52,877 bases of DNA from Trichormus sp. ATA11-4-KO1 (GCA_019358915.1 JAHHIM010000031.1:1-52877), one strand, 5' to 3'; numbered from the stretch's first letter, positions 1-11,024 are shown. The notes: a model not told the origin generated them from the sequence alone. Numbers and translations are program-made.

Positions 1-2206
1 GAATTTCACTCTCGCAAGCGGGACTGATTTGAATATCAAAAGTAAATGTACTACCGACACCCAAGGTACTATTGACGGTAATATCACCGCCCATCAGTTC
101 AACGTATTTACGGCTAATGGCTAAACCTAGCCCTGTTCCCTGGTGAGATTTTCTACCAGTTTCTGTTTGCCAAAAAGCTTCAAATAATAAGTCAATGTCT
201 TGGGGGGAAATACCCGCACCAGTATCTTCTACCTCGAAGATCAGGGATTGGGGAGTGGGGAGATGGGGGGATGAGAAAGTATTTGCGTTATTTTCGCCTT
301 GTTCCCTTGTTCCCTTGTCCTTAATCCCCAGTCCTACGCGTAATGTCACACTACCAATCTCGGTAAATTTGATCGCATTTCCCAAGAGATTGAGCAAGAC
401 TTGACGCAGTTTGCTTTCGTCAGTTTGCACGTATTGCGGAAGATCAGAAGCATATGCAAATACCAGTTTTAATCCTTTAGAAGCGGCGCGAAAGCGAAAC
501 ATTTCTTCTAAGCTTTGCAAAAGGCGAATCAAGTCAAAACTGCTGAGATTTAATGTGGTTCTACCAGCTTCAATTTTTGACATTTCTAAAATGTCGTTGA
601 TTAAATTGAGGAGATGTTCACCAGCACGATTGATAATTGCCAAGTTTTCTTGATGTTCGCTGCATAGAGAATTATCATAGCTCATGACTTGGGTGAAGCC
701 GAGAATGGCGTTGAGTGGGGTGCGCAATTCATGGCTCATGTTAGCAAGAAATTCACTTTTAGCGTGGTTTGCTCTCTCCGCTATTTGTTGTCCCTGTGCC
801 GCAATTTTTTGAGATTGAATCAGTTCTTGTTGAACGGTTTGTAATTGAGTCAGTCGGCTCTGACTTTCCGATAACGCCTCATTTAAAACTTTCATTTCAG
901 CATTTTTTGTTGCCAAAGCTGCAAAGGAAGCCTGTAATTGCTTGGCCATACTGTTAAATGATTTGGCTAGCTCCTCTAGTTCATGGGATTGCTGAATTGT
1001 GGTAATTTGCTGTGATTCGCCTGAGGTGATTTTTTTGGCTAATATGTTGAATTGCATAATTGGTTTGATCACCCAGCGATCAGTCCAAATGCCGATTTCT
1101 ATAGCCAATAACAAAGCAGCTACACATAGTAGGACAGTGATGCGAAGATTGTGATTAATTTGCTCCCTAAATTCGGCTTCAGGAATTACCACCACAATTA
1201 GCCAATCTAAGCCTAGTTTGTCTTGCCAACTTTTAACCTGGACAAAATAACGCTCTTTGGTGTCAGTAAAGTTGAATTGTTGCTTATCTATAATGGACTC
1301 TAGGCTGCTCAAGTGTTGGAGCAAATTCTGTGTTGTCAGTCGAATTAAGGAATCCTGGCTATTTATGGCTAAAAGGCGTTGCTTCTGTCCATTAGTGACT
1401 GTGGATGATGGCTCTGTGGTAGAAGAAGCCACGAGTAGTCCAGATCGCTCTAAAATAAAGGCTTTTCCTGATTGTCCAATTTTTAAGTTGGCTAAAAAAT
1501 TGTCAATTTGTGACAACATCACATCGACACTAATGACTCCAACCAGCTCATTAGTAGGATCGTAAAGGGGATAACTGGATGATATAGATAAAATATCTGG
1601 TTGGTCTTCCCGGTGATAAATTTGACTCCAAACGGGTTTACCTAGTTTGACTGCATCTGTGTACCAAGCTTCTAAACGAGGCTCATAGTCTTTGATTTCC
1701 TTAATTTGAATCCGATTTCCTTGGTTGTCTGTAGTGTAAACATAAAGTTTGCCGATGCCGTTATCTGCGGAAATTTCGTTGATTAAAAGGTGATTATCTA
1801 GACGTTCAACGCCGATAAATTCACCGTTGGGATTGGTAAAGTTGTTATGGCCAATCTTAAAAACCCGCATCTGTTTCCAAAAGTAATGTGCAGTTGTTTT
1901 CGAGTCAGAAGGCTGGAGTAAGCCTAGCTGAATCGCATCTGCATTGATTTGATTAATTTGTTTGGGAGTTTTTAAGTAGCTGTTGAGGTGTTGTTCGATG
2001 CGATCGCAGATTTCGTTTTCTAATTGAGTCGCATATTTTTTTACTGTTTGCTGCCCATTTTGAAACGAAAGATAGCCCACTACTCCCATGATTCCACAAA
2101 TTTGCAACACAAAGGGCACAATGAGAACCGATCTGAGGTGCATCTTGGCATCAATTCTGCCAATTAAGCAGTTGAGAAATCTGACGGGCTGAAGTTTGGA
2201 TAACAT
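1..2206 (-). CDS. Membrane sensor histidine kinase (TM-Cache-TM-HAMP-HisKA-HATPase), 3'-partial, runs off the left edge
   Basis: Manual translation of segments from ATG 2206: [10 protein letters not shown]...[22 protein letters not shown]-box [15 protein letters not shown]-box [11 protein letters not shown]1 VEDTGAGI, G2 GTGLGLAIS. Both ends are in the same frame. Not in the ORF track because no stop lies in the window. Confidence 0.9.
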   Translation of the reverse strand, partial: MLSKLQPVRFLNCLIGRIDAKMHLRSVLIVPFVLQICGIMGVVGYLSFQNGQQTVKKYATQLENEICDRIEQHLNSYLKTPKQINQINADAIQLGLLQPSDSKTTAHYFWKQMRVFKIGHNNFTNPNGEFIGVERLDNHLLINEISADNGIGKLYVYTTDNQGNRIQIKEIKDYEPRLEAWYTDAVKLGKPVWSQIYHREDQPDILSISSSYPLYDPTNELVGVISVDVMLSQIDNFLANLKIGQSGKAFILERSGLLVASSTTEPSSTVTNGQKQRLLAINSQDSLIRLTTQNLLQHLSSLESIIDKQQFNFTDTKERYFVQVKSWQDKLGLDWLIVVVIPEAEFREQINHNLRITVLLCVAALLLAIEIGIWTDRWVIKPIMQFNILAKKITSGESQQITTIQQSHELEELAKSFNSMAKQLQASFAALATKNAEMKVLNEALSESQSRLTQLQTVQQELIQSQKIAAQGQQIAERANHAKSEFLANMSHELRTPLNAILGFTQVMSYDNSLCSEHQENLAIINRAGEHLLNLINDILEMSKIEAGRTTLNLSSFDLIRLLQSLEEMFRFRAASKGLKLVFAYASDLPQYVQTDESKLRQVLLNLLGNAIKFTEIGSVTLRVGLGIKDKGTREQGENNANTFSSPHLPTPQSLIFEVEDTGAGISPQDIDLLFEAFWQTETGRKSHQGTGLGLAISRKYVELMGGDITVNSTLGVGSTFTFDIQISPACESEI
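244..334. repeat. STRR-type heptamer composite repeat inserted in frame in the kinase HATPase domain
   Basis: GGGGA(T/G)-type and CTTGTTCC-type tandem units around an AAATACT spacer; similar element at 40964-41021. Confidence 0.7.
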
Positions 2207-2876
2207 TGTAGTTTGATTTTTACCCAACGCTAAAATTGAGGGAGTTTAGCTATATAAGCTACCTAACTTTTCAGTGTTATTACTGCTGTAAATTTTAGCA
2301 AAAATCAAGCAAATAGCTGATACTAGTATAAATCTATATGATAAATCAATTGTATATACGCATTTTTCTAGCTGATTTCCTTTTATACATAATCCTCAAA
2401 CTTTGTTATAACACCTTAATTTGCTCTATTTTATCTGGCAATACATCAACATACACTCCTAGTTGAACTGCAAAATATATTTACACTCATTCACAAACAC
2501 ATGCAAATCCAGAGCAATTGTTGCTATTAGTACTAAAGTTGCAGGCGTATTGGGTATTTGTAATTACGTTGTCAGCAGCTAATGTATATAATCTAACTAG
2601 GTTCTGAATGAGGAAAAATGTCAGCAATTAGTAAATGCAATGTGAATTGTGGGCGGTCTTTTAACTCTTTTCCCACACCCTACCCCCTACACCTCTTTTA
2701 TGCACACCACACGACAGCCAGAATTTACAGTTTGATAAATCCGCAACCCTGAATTTTCTAGTTTCAGGAATTCTGGTCTGATCTCAAAATATGAACAATT
2801 GTCAGATCAATGGTCAACAAAAAAGTCAGGAAAATATCTTGATTTTTGAAAATTTCTGGCGTTATATGGATAGATA

Positions 2877-3668
2877 TTACATTTTTAGCGAAAATATGTC
2901 AATTTCGTTACCAATTTGTATAATTCTCCCAGCTTCTGATGCAGCTAATCGTGTGTTTACACTCAAGCGATAAAAATGATTAAAGTGAGATGAGTCTACC
3001 CACTTTGGCAAAGTTGCTCGTCGTTGTTGCACAAATATTTTCTGAAAGTTGGGGTAGGTTGCTCCTGAGTCAGGATTGCGTGTTGGTACTACACAACGTT
3101 GACATGGATTAACCCCAAACAAGCTGACATCTCCTACTCGCAAGCAGACTGGATCACTTGGTTTGTTAAATAACTGGTCTTCCCAAAACGGTGGTACACC
3201 ACCGATTTCAATGTTGGCACGTATCCGGCGGCGCATTTCATCAACACTTAAACCAGGAAACCAAGAAGCAACTTCGGCTAAAGTTGCTGTACTAATTACT
3301 GTTGGCCCTGGTGAGTGAGTATCGTCGGGAAAGCCCATTACAGGGTTTCGAGCTAATGTGACAGCAAATCCCAAAAAATCACTTAAGGTTGCGGCTAGTG
3401 CTGGCTGTTCCTCATCCAAATCAACCACCCGTTGTGAATCCTGCTGGGGGATTTGCAATGAGATTGTTCTATTTAAGATGTCAAATTGTGATCTTAGTAA
3501 ATGAATTTTGCCATTGCGCTTACCATTGACAAACCTACCCTGTCCGTCAAAAATGGCAAACTCGCGGTCATACTCTAGTGCGCCACTAGTAAGAACCCTT
3601 GCTTGCTCAACTTCAACGCCATCAAGTGACTTTATCGGGTAAAGTAAAATTTTGGCTAGGTATGGCAT
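2877..3668 (-). CDS. MOSC domain protein (N-terminal beta-barrel + MOSC)
   Basis: LYPIKSLDG, DREFA, RRIRANIEI, PCQRCVVP motifs. Confidence 0.88.
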   Translation of the reverse strand: MPYLAKILLYPIKSLDGVEVEQARVLTSGALEYDREFAIFDGQGRFVNGKRNGKIHLLRSQFDILNRTISLQIPQQDSQRVVDLDEEQPALAATLSDFLGFAVTLARNPVMGFPDDTHSPGPTVISTATLAEVASWFPGLSVDEMRRRIRANIEIGGVPPFWEDQLFNKPSDPVCLRVGDVSLFGVNPCQRCVVPTRNPDSGATYPNFQKIFVQQRRATLPKWVDSSHFNHFYRLSVNTRLAASEAGRIIQIGNEIDIFSLKM

Positions 3669-3762
3669 GAACCGTTACTCGATAGCCTGAAAATTAGAAT
3701 ACTCGGATTGTAACAATCTTCTTAGCTCAATATTGCCAACCTCAAGTTATCTCGATAACTGC

Positions 3763-4407
3763 TCACTGCGGATACAAGGGCGACTTATCAATTCCGCCAA
3801 TGTTATTTAGAGGCCAGAAGCGGAGTACAGCACGACCGATAATATTCTGGCGGGGGACAACACCCCAGCATCGGCTATCGTAGCTGCTACTGCGGTTGTC
3901 GCCGAGAACTAAGTATGAATTGGGAGGTATGGTCTCGGTTTTCGCTAAGTAAGGTTGTTGTTGCCCTGAGGTGCAAACATCAATTGCTGTACGCTGCTGG
4001 GAGCTAAGGTAGTTGACTTCTTGGAGAGGTTCATTGTTAATATAAACTTTCCCATCTCTGAGTTCTACTTTTTCTCCGGGTAAGGCGACTATACGTTTAA
4101 TGAAGGCATCGTTGTATTGTTCTGCTTGTAGCGCTTTTGTTGGCGAAAAGACCACAATATCTCCTCGCTGCGGTTCAGAGAATTTATATTTCAACTTATC
4201 GACAATGATCTTGTCTGCCTCCCACTGGTTTGGGGTACCATGCAGTGTGGGTTCCATAGAGCCAGAAGGAATCCAACGAGCTTCAGCTACAAAAGTACGA
4301 ATGCCTAAGGCTAGAACAATACTTAATACAACTGTTCTAGCTAGCTCGGCCAGCCAGGAATTATCGGGTTGTTGACTAGAGTTGTTATCAGACACTTGAT
4401 TTCGCAT
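3763..4407 (-). CDS. lepB: Signal peptidase I
   Basis: Catalytic Ser motif IPSGSMEPTL, Lys motif FIKRIVALPGE, LGDNR..SYDSR. Confidence 0.95.
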   Translation of the reverse strand: MRNQVSDNNSSQQPDNSWLAELARTVVLSIVLALGIRTFVAEARWIPSGSMEPTLHGTPNQWEADKIIVDKLKYKFSEPQRGDIVVFSPTKALQAEQYNDAFIKRIVALPGEKVELRDGKVYINNEPLQEVNYLSSQQRTAIDVCTSGQQQPYLAKTETIPPNSYLVLGDNRSSSYDSRCWGVVPRQNIIGRAVLRFWPLNNIGGIDKSPLYPQ

Positions 4408-4635
4408 GAAATTACTGAAATAAAGGAAAGTGCAGGTAATTAACTCGTTCAGGGAGACTATATTTTTTAATCTTAACGAGAAAAGTTTAATTTCCTGGTT
4501 GAGGTTAGCATCTTAATAGGGAGATTTATCAGTTAAAAATATACTTGTTTTGAACAATTTGCCAAAATTGATCAAGATGAGTGCAACCAAGTCTAACCTA
4601 AAAGCATAGTTATCTGTCTAAATATTGTTAACATC

Positions 4636-5955
4636 ATGTCATCTCCACAAAGTTTACTGATTCGTCGCGCTCGCATAATTCTCCCTGATGGTGAATTCAT
4701 GGTGGGGGATGTGCTGACGCGTGATCGCCAAATAATTGAAGTTGCACCGGATATTTCCCCGCCAACATCAACCACAGAAATTGACGCACAAGGGTTAACT
4801 TTGTTGCCGGGAGTCATAGACCCCCAGGTGCATTTCCGCGAACCAGGACTAGAATACAAGGAAGATTTATTTACAGCTAGTTGTGCCTGTGCCAAAGGCG
4901 GAGTCACTTCTTTTTTGGAAATGCCTAACACCCGCCCCCTGACAACTACCCAGCAAGCTTTAGATGACAAGCTACAACGTGCTTCCCAGAAGTGTTTGGT
5001 GAATTATGGCTTTTTTATTGGAGCCACGGCAGACAATCTGCCAGAGTTACTTACTGCCAAGCCAACACCGGGAATTAAAATTTTTATGGGGTCGATGCAT
5101 GGTCAGTTACTTGTTGACCAAGAAGCAGTTTTGGAGGCGATATTTGCTCAAGGTAATCGCTTAATTGCCGTTCATGCCGAAGACCAAGCTAGAATTAACC
5201 AACGTCGCCAAGAGTTTGCGGGTATTCATGACCCAGCCGTTCACTCCCAGATTCAAGATAATCAAGCAGCACTTTTAGCCACGCAACGGGCACTACAACT
5301 GTCTCAAAAATATCAACGTCGTCTGCATATTCTACATATGTCCACGGCAGAAGAAGCAAACTTGCTGCGTCAGCATAAACCAAGTTGGGTCACAGCAGAG
5401 GTAACACCACAGCATTTGTTACTAAATACTAGTGCTTATGAAAAGATTGGGACTTTGGCACAGATGAATCCACCGTTGCGATCGCCTGAAGATAACGAAG
5501 TGCTTTGGCAAGCTTTGCGCGATGGTGTGATTGATTTTATCGCCACAGATCATGCACCCCACACCTTGGCAGAAAAAGCCCAAGAATATCCCAATACTCC
5601 CTCTGGGATGCCAGGTGTAGAAACCTCCTTAGCTTTAATGTTAACTGCGGCTATGTCAGGAAAGTGTACTGTTGCCCAAGTTGTTAACTGGATGTCTCCA
5701 GCTGTCGCTCAGGCTTATGGTATTCCTCATAAAGGCGCGATCGCTCCTGGTTATGATGCCGATTTAGTACTGGTTGATTTGAACACATATCGTCCAGTCC
5801 GGCGCGAAGAACTTTTAACTAAATGTCGTTGGAGTCCTTTTGAAGGTTGGAACCTCACAGGATGGGCTGTAACAACCATTGTCGGAGGTCAAATTGTTTA
5901 TAATCAAGGTCAAGTAAATCCGCAAGTACGCGGTCAAGCTTTAACTTTCTTGTAG
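4636..5955 (+). CDS. pyrC: Dihydroorotase (amidohydrolase family)
   Basis: LPGVIDPQVHFREPG, EMPNT, VHAED, MNPPLR, IATDHAPH. Confidence 0.85.
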   Translation: MSSPQSLLIRRARIILPDGEFMVGDVLTRDRQIIEVAPDISPPTSTTEIDAQGLTLLPGVIDPQVHFREPGLEYKEDLFTASCACAKGGVTSFLEMPNTRPLTTTQQALDDKLQRASQKCLVNYGFFIGATADNLPELLTAKPTPGIKIFMGSMHGQLLVDQEAVLEAIFAQGNRLIAVHAEDQARINQRRQEFAGIHDPAVHSQIQDNQAALLATQRALQLSQKYQRRLHILHMSTAEEANLLRQHKPSWVTAEVTPQHLLLNTSAYEKIGTLAQMNPPLRSPEDNEVLWQALRDGVIDFIATDHAPHTLAEKAQEYPNTPSGMPGVETSLALMLTAAMSGKCTVAQVVNWMSPAVAQAYGIPHKGAIAPGYDADLVLVDLNTYRPVRREELLTKCRWSPFEGWNLTGWAVTTIVGGQIVYNQGQVNPQVRGQALTFL

Positions 5956-6362
5956 TAAATATTTCTTCGACATACACGGCTACAAATATTAAATTATCGT
6001 CTGACTTGCCAGAGTTCCACCAAAGAAATTACTGAGTGCTGCATCAGCAGAAAAGTATGAAAATTTCGTTGTGAACTACGTAATTGTTTTTCTCACTCAG
6101 CACTCAAAATTTTTTCTAGTTAGGTTAGCTAGTTAAAATTGCTTTGATAAAATTAATAACTACATAGATAAATTATAGATATAAGAATAACTTTTGATTA
6201 AAATTATTTAAATAAAATTATCTCATAAATTTACAATTAGTAACTTTTTGATTATAGATTCTGAACTTGTTCTGGGAATACTAAGCGCAAGGATAAGTTA
6301 AACGAATCAATACGGAAATGTTCATCATTTGACTTTTCACGCTATCTTTTTGTATTTAACTA

Positions 6363-6393
6363 TCCGGATTTTTTCTCTAAATAACTGTAGAGA
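6363..6393 (+). promoter_or_regulatory. DIF1-type heterocyst-specific promoter of patS
   Basis: TCCGGA (6363-6368), 18-nt spacer, GTAGAGA (6387-6393), about 600 nt upstream of the patS ATG. Confidence 0.75.
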
Positions 6394-6995
6394 ATTAGTA
6401 GGGTTAAGTAAACGAGCAAATTTCTGTGAAAACTATGTTTTATACATATAAAAATTTTATATGCACTTAATTTGTACGGTATTAAAACCTATTTCCTACA
6501 GTTCTGACTGCTTAAGGGTTTCGGGCAATGAATTTGCTAGAAAGCTAATCATTAGTCAGCAAACTGCGACAAGAAATTACGAAATAGCATCCAATCAAAC
6601 AAACTCAATCATTAATTTATCGAGATAATCAAAGTAATGAAGCAAGAGGCATAACCATGGTGTAAGCAGATGAAAAAATTACCAGTGTTTACTAAGTAAT
6701 TAAAATTCATCAAAAAGCCTTATTCAGAAAGATGATCCGCTAAAGAACAGGTTTATGTTTATTCTCATGTGAATGTGATTTCCCCTGAGAGTAGGTATTA
6801 AAAAAGTCTGGCAGTTTGCTAGATATTACTTGCGAAAACATTGTTCTAGGACGCTTTGAGTCAAGTTTTCATTCATCTACATGCAATCTGATCTGCGAGA
6901 ATACGCCAATCCTAGCTAACCGCAGCAAAAAAAGCTAGTAGATGTCAATCATAACCAGTTCATGTGTCAAACAGTATTTCATTGATTTTTGGATA

Positions 6996-7049
6996 ATGAA
7001 GACAACAATTTTCGTGAATTTCCTTGATGAGCGTGGTAGCGGTAGATAG
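6996..7049 (+). CDS. patS: Heterocyst-inhibiting signalling peptide PatS (MKTTIFVNFLDERGSGR)
   Basis: 17 codons ending in ERGSGR-stop; lies between dihydroorotase and the tsaE/hetY gene, as in Anabaena PCC 7120. Confidence 0.95.
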   Translation: MKTTIFVNFLDERGSGR

Positions 7050-7085
7050 AATTGAGTGTGAAATTCCCCCTCAACTATCTATCAA

Positions 7086-7142
7086 GAGTGCTGAGTGCTG
7101 AGTATCAACCCAGTTGCTTCATTCTTTAATTCACTCAGCACT
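7086..7142. repeat. Inverted TGAGTGC/GCACTCA STRR heptamers between convergent patS and tsaE; possible bidirectional terminator hairpin
   Basis: AGAGTGCTGAGTGCTGAGT ... TTCACTCAGCACT; the same heptamer family occurs at about 6031-6106. Confidence 0.55.
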
Positions 7143-7592
7143 AAGTTTGATGAATTCATCAATAGTGCAATTGAATGGCTTAATTTCGGCTTGACGAGTA
7201 CCCTCAACCCCATAAGTTAAAACCAAGTTGAGATAACTATCTGGTTTATAAGGCATTCGTTCTGCCCACTCAATTGCCACAATTCCCGGCATTACCTCAA
7301 TACCTTCCCAATAAGTTTCTAAGTTGAGAGCTACAACTTCAGGTGGTTCTAGGCGATATAAATCTAAATGGTAAAGGGGGAGTCGTCCTTGGGTATACTC
7401 GTTAATCAGAGTGAAAGTAGGACTAACGATTGATTCAGTGATGCCTAAACCTTGACCAATCCCTTGTACTAGTGTAGTTTTACCAGCGCCTAAATCACCT
7501 TCTAGTAAAATCACACTGCCAGCAGTCAGAGTTTGACCAAGTGTGATACCCAAGTTTAATGTCGCCTCTGCATCTGCAAGCAAAATCTTCAT
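7131..7592 (-). CDS. tsaE: tRNA t6A biosynthesis ATPase TsaE (positional equivalent of Anabaena hetY)
   Basis: GDLGAGKTT, SPTFTLINEY, HLDLYRL, IEWAE; start chosen at MKILLA (alternative ATG at 7613). Confidence 0.93.
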   Translation of the reverse strand: MKILLADAEATLNLGITLGQTLTAGSVILLEGDLGAGKTTLVQGIGQGLGITESIVSPTFTLINEYTQGRLPLYHLDLYRLEPPEVVALNLETYWEGIEVMPGIVAIEWAERMPYKPDSYLNLVLTYGVEGTRQAEIKPFNCTIDEFIKLSAE

Positions 7593-7602
7593 GGTTTTGA
7601 AT

Positions 7603-8976
7603 TTATTTCCCATGATGAGCTCCACTGTACCACCGCAATAAAACTCGTGCTAGTTTCTGGGGATTGTGACGCACGCAACCGATTTCATCTTCATACAGGA
7701 TATTAGCTAGAACAATTCGCCGCCCTAACTGGGATACAGCTTCCCTATCTAGGAACACTGGATGGGAGTTTTGTTGGGCATAGCGAATGAGTGATTGTTC
7801 TGAAGGGGATTTTTTGTGTACTAGGACAGCATCAAATAGCTGTCTTTCTCCGCAGGCGATATCAATGGCTTTAATGTGGTCAGCAACAGTATATCCCTGA
7901 GTTTCTCCCGGTTGGGTCATGATATTACAGACGTAAATGCGGGGAGCGTGGGATTTAGCGATCGCATCGGCAATGTTTGGTACTAGTAAATTAGGAATTA
8001 AACTGGTGTAAAGGCTACCAGGGCCAATGATAATGTAGTCGGCTTCTTTAATGGCCTTAATTGCTGCTGGCAAAGCCGGAGGATTAGCCGGAATACAGCC
8101 AATCTTGACAATTTTTCCGCCAGCTTTGGGAATACTAGACTCCCCTTCAATGCGACGACCATCATCTAATTCTGCCCAGAGGCGAACATCACTGAGGGTA
8201 GCTGGCAAAACTTGTCCTCGCACTGCTAGCACTTTGGAACTAGCTGCAACCGCCCGTTCCAAATCCCCAGTAATATCGCTCATGGCGGTTAAAAACAAAT
8301 TACCAAAACTGTGCCCTGTTAAACCATCCCCAGCCTTAAAGCGATATTGAAATAATTCTGTTAATAGTTTTTCCTCATCTGCCAGGGCGGCGACACAATT
8401 ACGAATATCCCCTGGTGGTAAAACGCCAAATTCCTGACGCAGCCGCCCCGAAGACCCACCATCATCAGCTACAGTCACAATGGCAGTAATATTAGCGCTA
8501 TAGGTTTTCAGTCCTCGCAATAAGGTAGAAAGTCCTGTACCACCACCAATCACCACTATTTTCGGTCCCCGATACAGTCGTCGGTGTGCCAACAGCACAT
8601 CAATTAATTCCTCTTCGCCGCCATCTGGTCTTAACACCTTAGTAATTGAGCCTACGGTGCGAGTTTGTCCCCAAAGCAGCAACAGCAAACCACCCAGTAA
8701 CACTAAAGGGCCACTAACATAATTGGGTAAAATGCCGGCGATTACTCCCAGAAACCCCCTAAGCAACTCGATCATCCAAAAAATTGGGGTTAGCTTCACC
8801 CATATAGCCAACCCCAAAATTGCCAGCAGTACACCACCAACGCTGATGAGCAACCAGCGTTTTACAGATAGTCCAGGGGATAACCACTTGAACCACTGGT
8901 TAACCCGATGGGATGTACGGCGGCGCGACTGCTTTTGCAGGGCGTTGAGGGCTTGTCTGAGAAAACCAATTGACAT
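7603..8976 (-). CDS. yvcK: YvcK/UPF0052 (GlmR-like) protein with N-terminal TM segments
   Basis: [48 protein letters not shown]. Confidence 0.9.
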   Translation of the reverse strand: MSIGFLRQALNALQKQSRRRTSHRVNQWFKWLSPGLSVKRWLLISVGGVLLAILGLAIWVKLTPIFWMIELLRGFLGVIAGILPNYVSGPLVLLGGLLLLLWGQTRTVGSITKVLRPDGGEEELIDVLLAHRRLYRGPKIVVIGGGTGLSTLLRGLKTYSANITAIVTVADDGGSSGRLRQEFGVLPPGDIRNCVAALADEEKLLTELFQYRFKAGDGLTGHSFGNLFLTAMSDITGDLERAVAASSKVLAVRGQVLPATLSDVRLWAELDDGRRIEGESSIPKAGGKIVKIGCIPANPPALPAAIKAIKEADYIIIGPGSLYTSLIPNLLVPNIADAIAKSHAPRIYVCNIMTQPGETQGYTVADHIKAIDIACGERQLFDAVLVHKKSPSEQSLIRYAQQNSHPVFLDREAVSQLGRRIVLANILYEDEIGCVRHNPQKLARVLLRWYSGAHHGK

Positions 8977-9130
8977 ACCTGATTCGGAGCAGTGCTACAA
9001 ACTAAATGATTAACAGAAAATGTACACTACATGGTTTTAACACCAAATGTGGAATTCTTAAATTTATCAAGGACTTTAGACTAGCAACAAGTTGTCAAAG
9101 TTGCCAGTCTTGCTAGTAAAAGTGAGTTTA

Positions 9131-9622
9131 ATGGAAAAACGAATTTTAGGATTAGATCCAGGATTGGCGATTTTAGGATTTGGGGCAATTACCTGCACAC
9201 AAAATCCCCAACGCATACAAGATACAACTGTAAACATGATTGATTTTGGAGTAATTCGGACATCAGCAGATGCGGAAATGGGACAGCGCCTGTGTACTTT
9301 GTTCGATGATATGCACACCCTGATTCAAGAATTGCAGCCAGATTTAGTAGCAATTGAAAAATTGTTCTTCTATCGTATGGCAAATACAATTGTTGTGGCA
9401 CAAGCTAGGGGTGTGCTGTTGTTAGCTTTGGCACAGCATCAGCTACCGTATGTAGAATTTACTCCTGCTCAAATTAAACAAGCTTTAACTGGTTATGGCA
9501 ATGCAGATAAATCAGAAGTGCAAGATGCAGTAGCGCGGGAGTTGGATTTAGCAGAGATTCCCCGGCCTGATGATGCGGCTGATGCTTTGGCGGTGGCTTT
9601 GACAGCGTGGTTTCAGGTGTAA
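9131..9622 (+). CDS. ruvC: Holliday junction resolvase RuvC
   Basis: [41 protein letters not shown] 9131. Confidence 0.95.
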   Translation: MEKRILGLDPGLAILGFGAITCTQNPQRIQDTTVNMIDFGVIRTSADAEMGQRLCTLFDDMHTLIQELQPDLVAIEKLFFYRMANTIVVAQARGVLLLALAQHQLPYVEFTPAQIKQALTGYGNADKSEVQDAVARELDLAEIPRPDDAADALAVALTAWFQV

Positions 9623-9831
9623 GATGTGTAAGCGTTCAGGCTATGAGGGCGATCGCCTGAACCAATAAACTGTGATTGAGGATGAGCGATCGCTTTTTGC
9701 TGTCTAATTTTCTGGCATCCTAGAGTAGGATATTAACTTGCTACTCTGTCATTTGTCATATATAGCGATCGCTCCATGCCATTCTGCATAAAAATAGTAA
9801 ATGGTTTAACTTCAACAGAGGAAGATGTCAC

Positions 9832-10329
9832 ATGAAGGAGGGCAGTAAATATCAGCCACTCCTGAAATTTTTACGTGGCAGTGATCAAAATGAAATAACT
9901 CTATCATTTGCTGAAATCGAGAGTTTAATAAAAGATTCCTTACCCAATTCAGCAAAAAGTAAACGGGCATGGTGGAGTAATCGCAGCAAAGGTGCGTTAC
10001 AAGCTTCAGCCTGGATAGAAGCAGGATATCGAGTTGAAGATGTTGATTTTAATAAGCAGCAAGTAAAATTTTACAAACCTCCTAATAACTTTCAAGTTCA
10101 GGTTAAAGGTGACACTGTACTGTGGAATAGCGAATTAATTAAAGCACTGCGTCTTCACATGGGTTTAACACAGGCAGAGTTTGCAGAAAGGCTTGGGGTG
10201 CGCCAGAAAACAGTCAGTAATTGGGAAAACAGTCTCTATGTAATACCTCGCTCTACCTCCAAACATTTAGAATTGGTGGCTGAAACATCTGGATTTAGGT
10301 ATGAGAAAGAACCAGAAAGTTCAGATTAG
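9832..10329 (+). CDS. XRE-family HTH regulator with an uncharacterised N-terminal domain
   Basis: C-terminal IKALRLHMGLTQAEFAERLGVRQKTVSNWE; N-terminal KYQPL..LSFAEIE..LP.SA..WWSN..AW..AGY domain. Confidence 0.8.
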   Translation: MKEGSKYQPLLKFLRGSDQNEITLSFAEIESLIKDSLPNSAKSKRAWWSNRSKGALQASAWIEAGYRVEDVDFNKQQVKFYKPPNNFQVQVKGDTVLWNSELIKALRLHMGLTQAEFAERLGVRQKTVSNWENSLYVIPRSTSKHLELVAETSGFRYEKEPESSD

Positions 10330-10333
10330 TTTA

Positions 10334-10367
10334 TTGACATTTTAGTAATCTGTTTACTATATTGTCA
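10334..10367 (+). promoter_or_regulatory. Sigma70-like promoter overlapped by a palindromic operator
   Basis: TTGACA-N18-TATATT; inverted repeat TGACATTTTAGTAA-N5-TTACTATATTGTCA. Confidence 0.6.
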
Positions 10368-10398
10368 GGATAGCATTTGCTTCTGGCAGTAGTCAAGC

Positions 10399-10785
10399 AT
10401 GAATATTCAAAACACCGAACCAAAAGCCCTCTTCCTCTCCCCCGACGGCAACGTATACCCGGACAGTCTAATTTGCACTGGCATCATCCCCGCAGAACTC
10501 GACGGCAAACCCTGCCCCCATTCACAAGCAGGGCGCTTTCCCGGCATAAAACCCCTCAACCCTGAAGACTCAAACTACACCATCGACAAAGGAAAACCAG
10601 GCGACCTCTGCCCAACCTGCGCCAAACAACAACTTGCACACCTGGGACACTGGCAAGGTCACAGAAATCAAATATTTCCTGAAGAACTGCGATCATTGCG
10701 CTTGTTCAAGTGCCGGATGTGGCTATGGCTAGTTGTTCCAGGACTACATGATCGCGATGCAACTAAATTTCTACCCCAACAGTGA
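10399..10785 (+). CDS. Hypothetical Cys/His-containing protein (possibly metal-binding)
   Basis: 128-aa ORF with C..C..CPTC and several His, behind its own promoter. Confidence 0.7.
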   Translation: MNIQNTEPKALFLSPDGNVYPDSLICTGIIPAELDGKPCPHSQAGRFPGIKPLNPEDSNYTIDKGKPGDLCPTCAKQQLAHLGHWQGHRNQIFPEELRSLRLFKCRMWLWLVVPGLHDRDATKFLPQQ

Positions 10786-11024
10786 TGCTGTGATCCTACA
10801 CTCACCAGAAAAACAAGTCAGGCGATCGCAAAATTATTTAAATCTTGTCAGAAGCCAGCAAATAAGTTTCCGAGGCTTCCTGCTGACTTCCGGCTCCCCA
10901 GTAACAAGGAGACTTTCATAATGATAAAACCTGTTAGCGATCAATGTGTGAAGCAAAGTAATTTTGAAAACACTACAGCACCTCTACTTGATCGTATAAA
11001 ACCCATGAGCGAGGAGCTAGTTTC

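Noticed and set aside
195..1565. Four + strand ORFs (195, 411, 769, 1257)
   Set aside because: Antisense shadows of the minus-strand histidine kinase.
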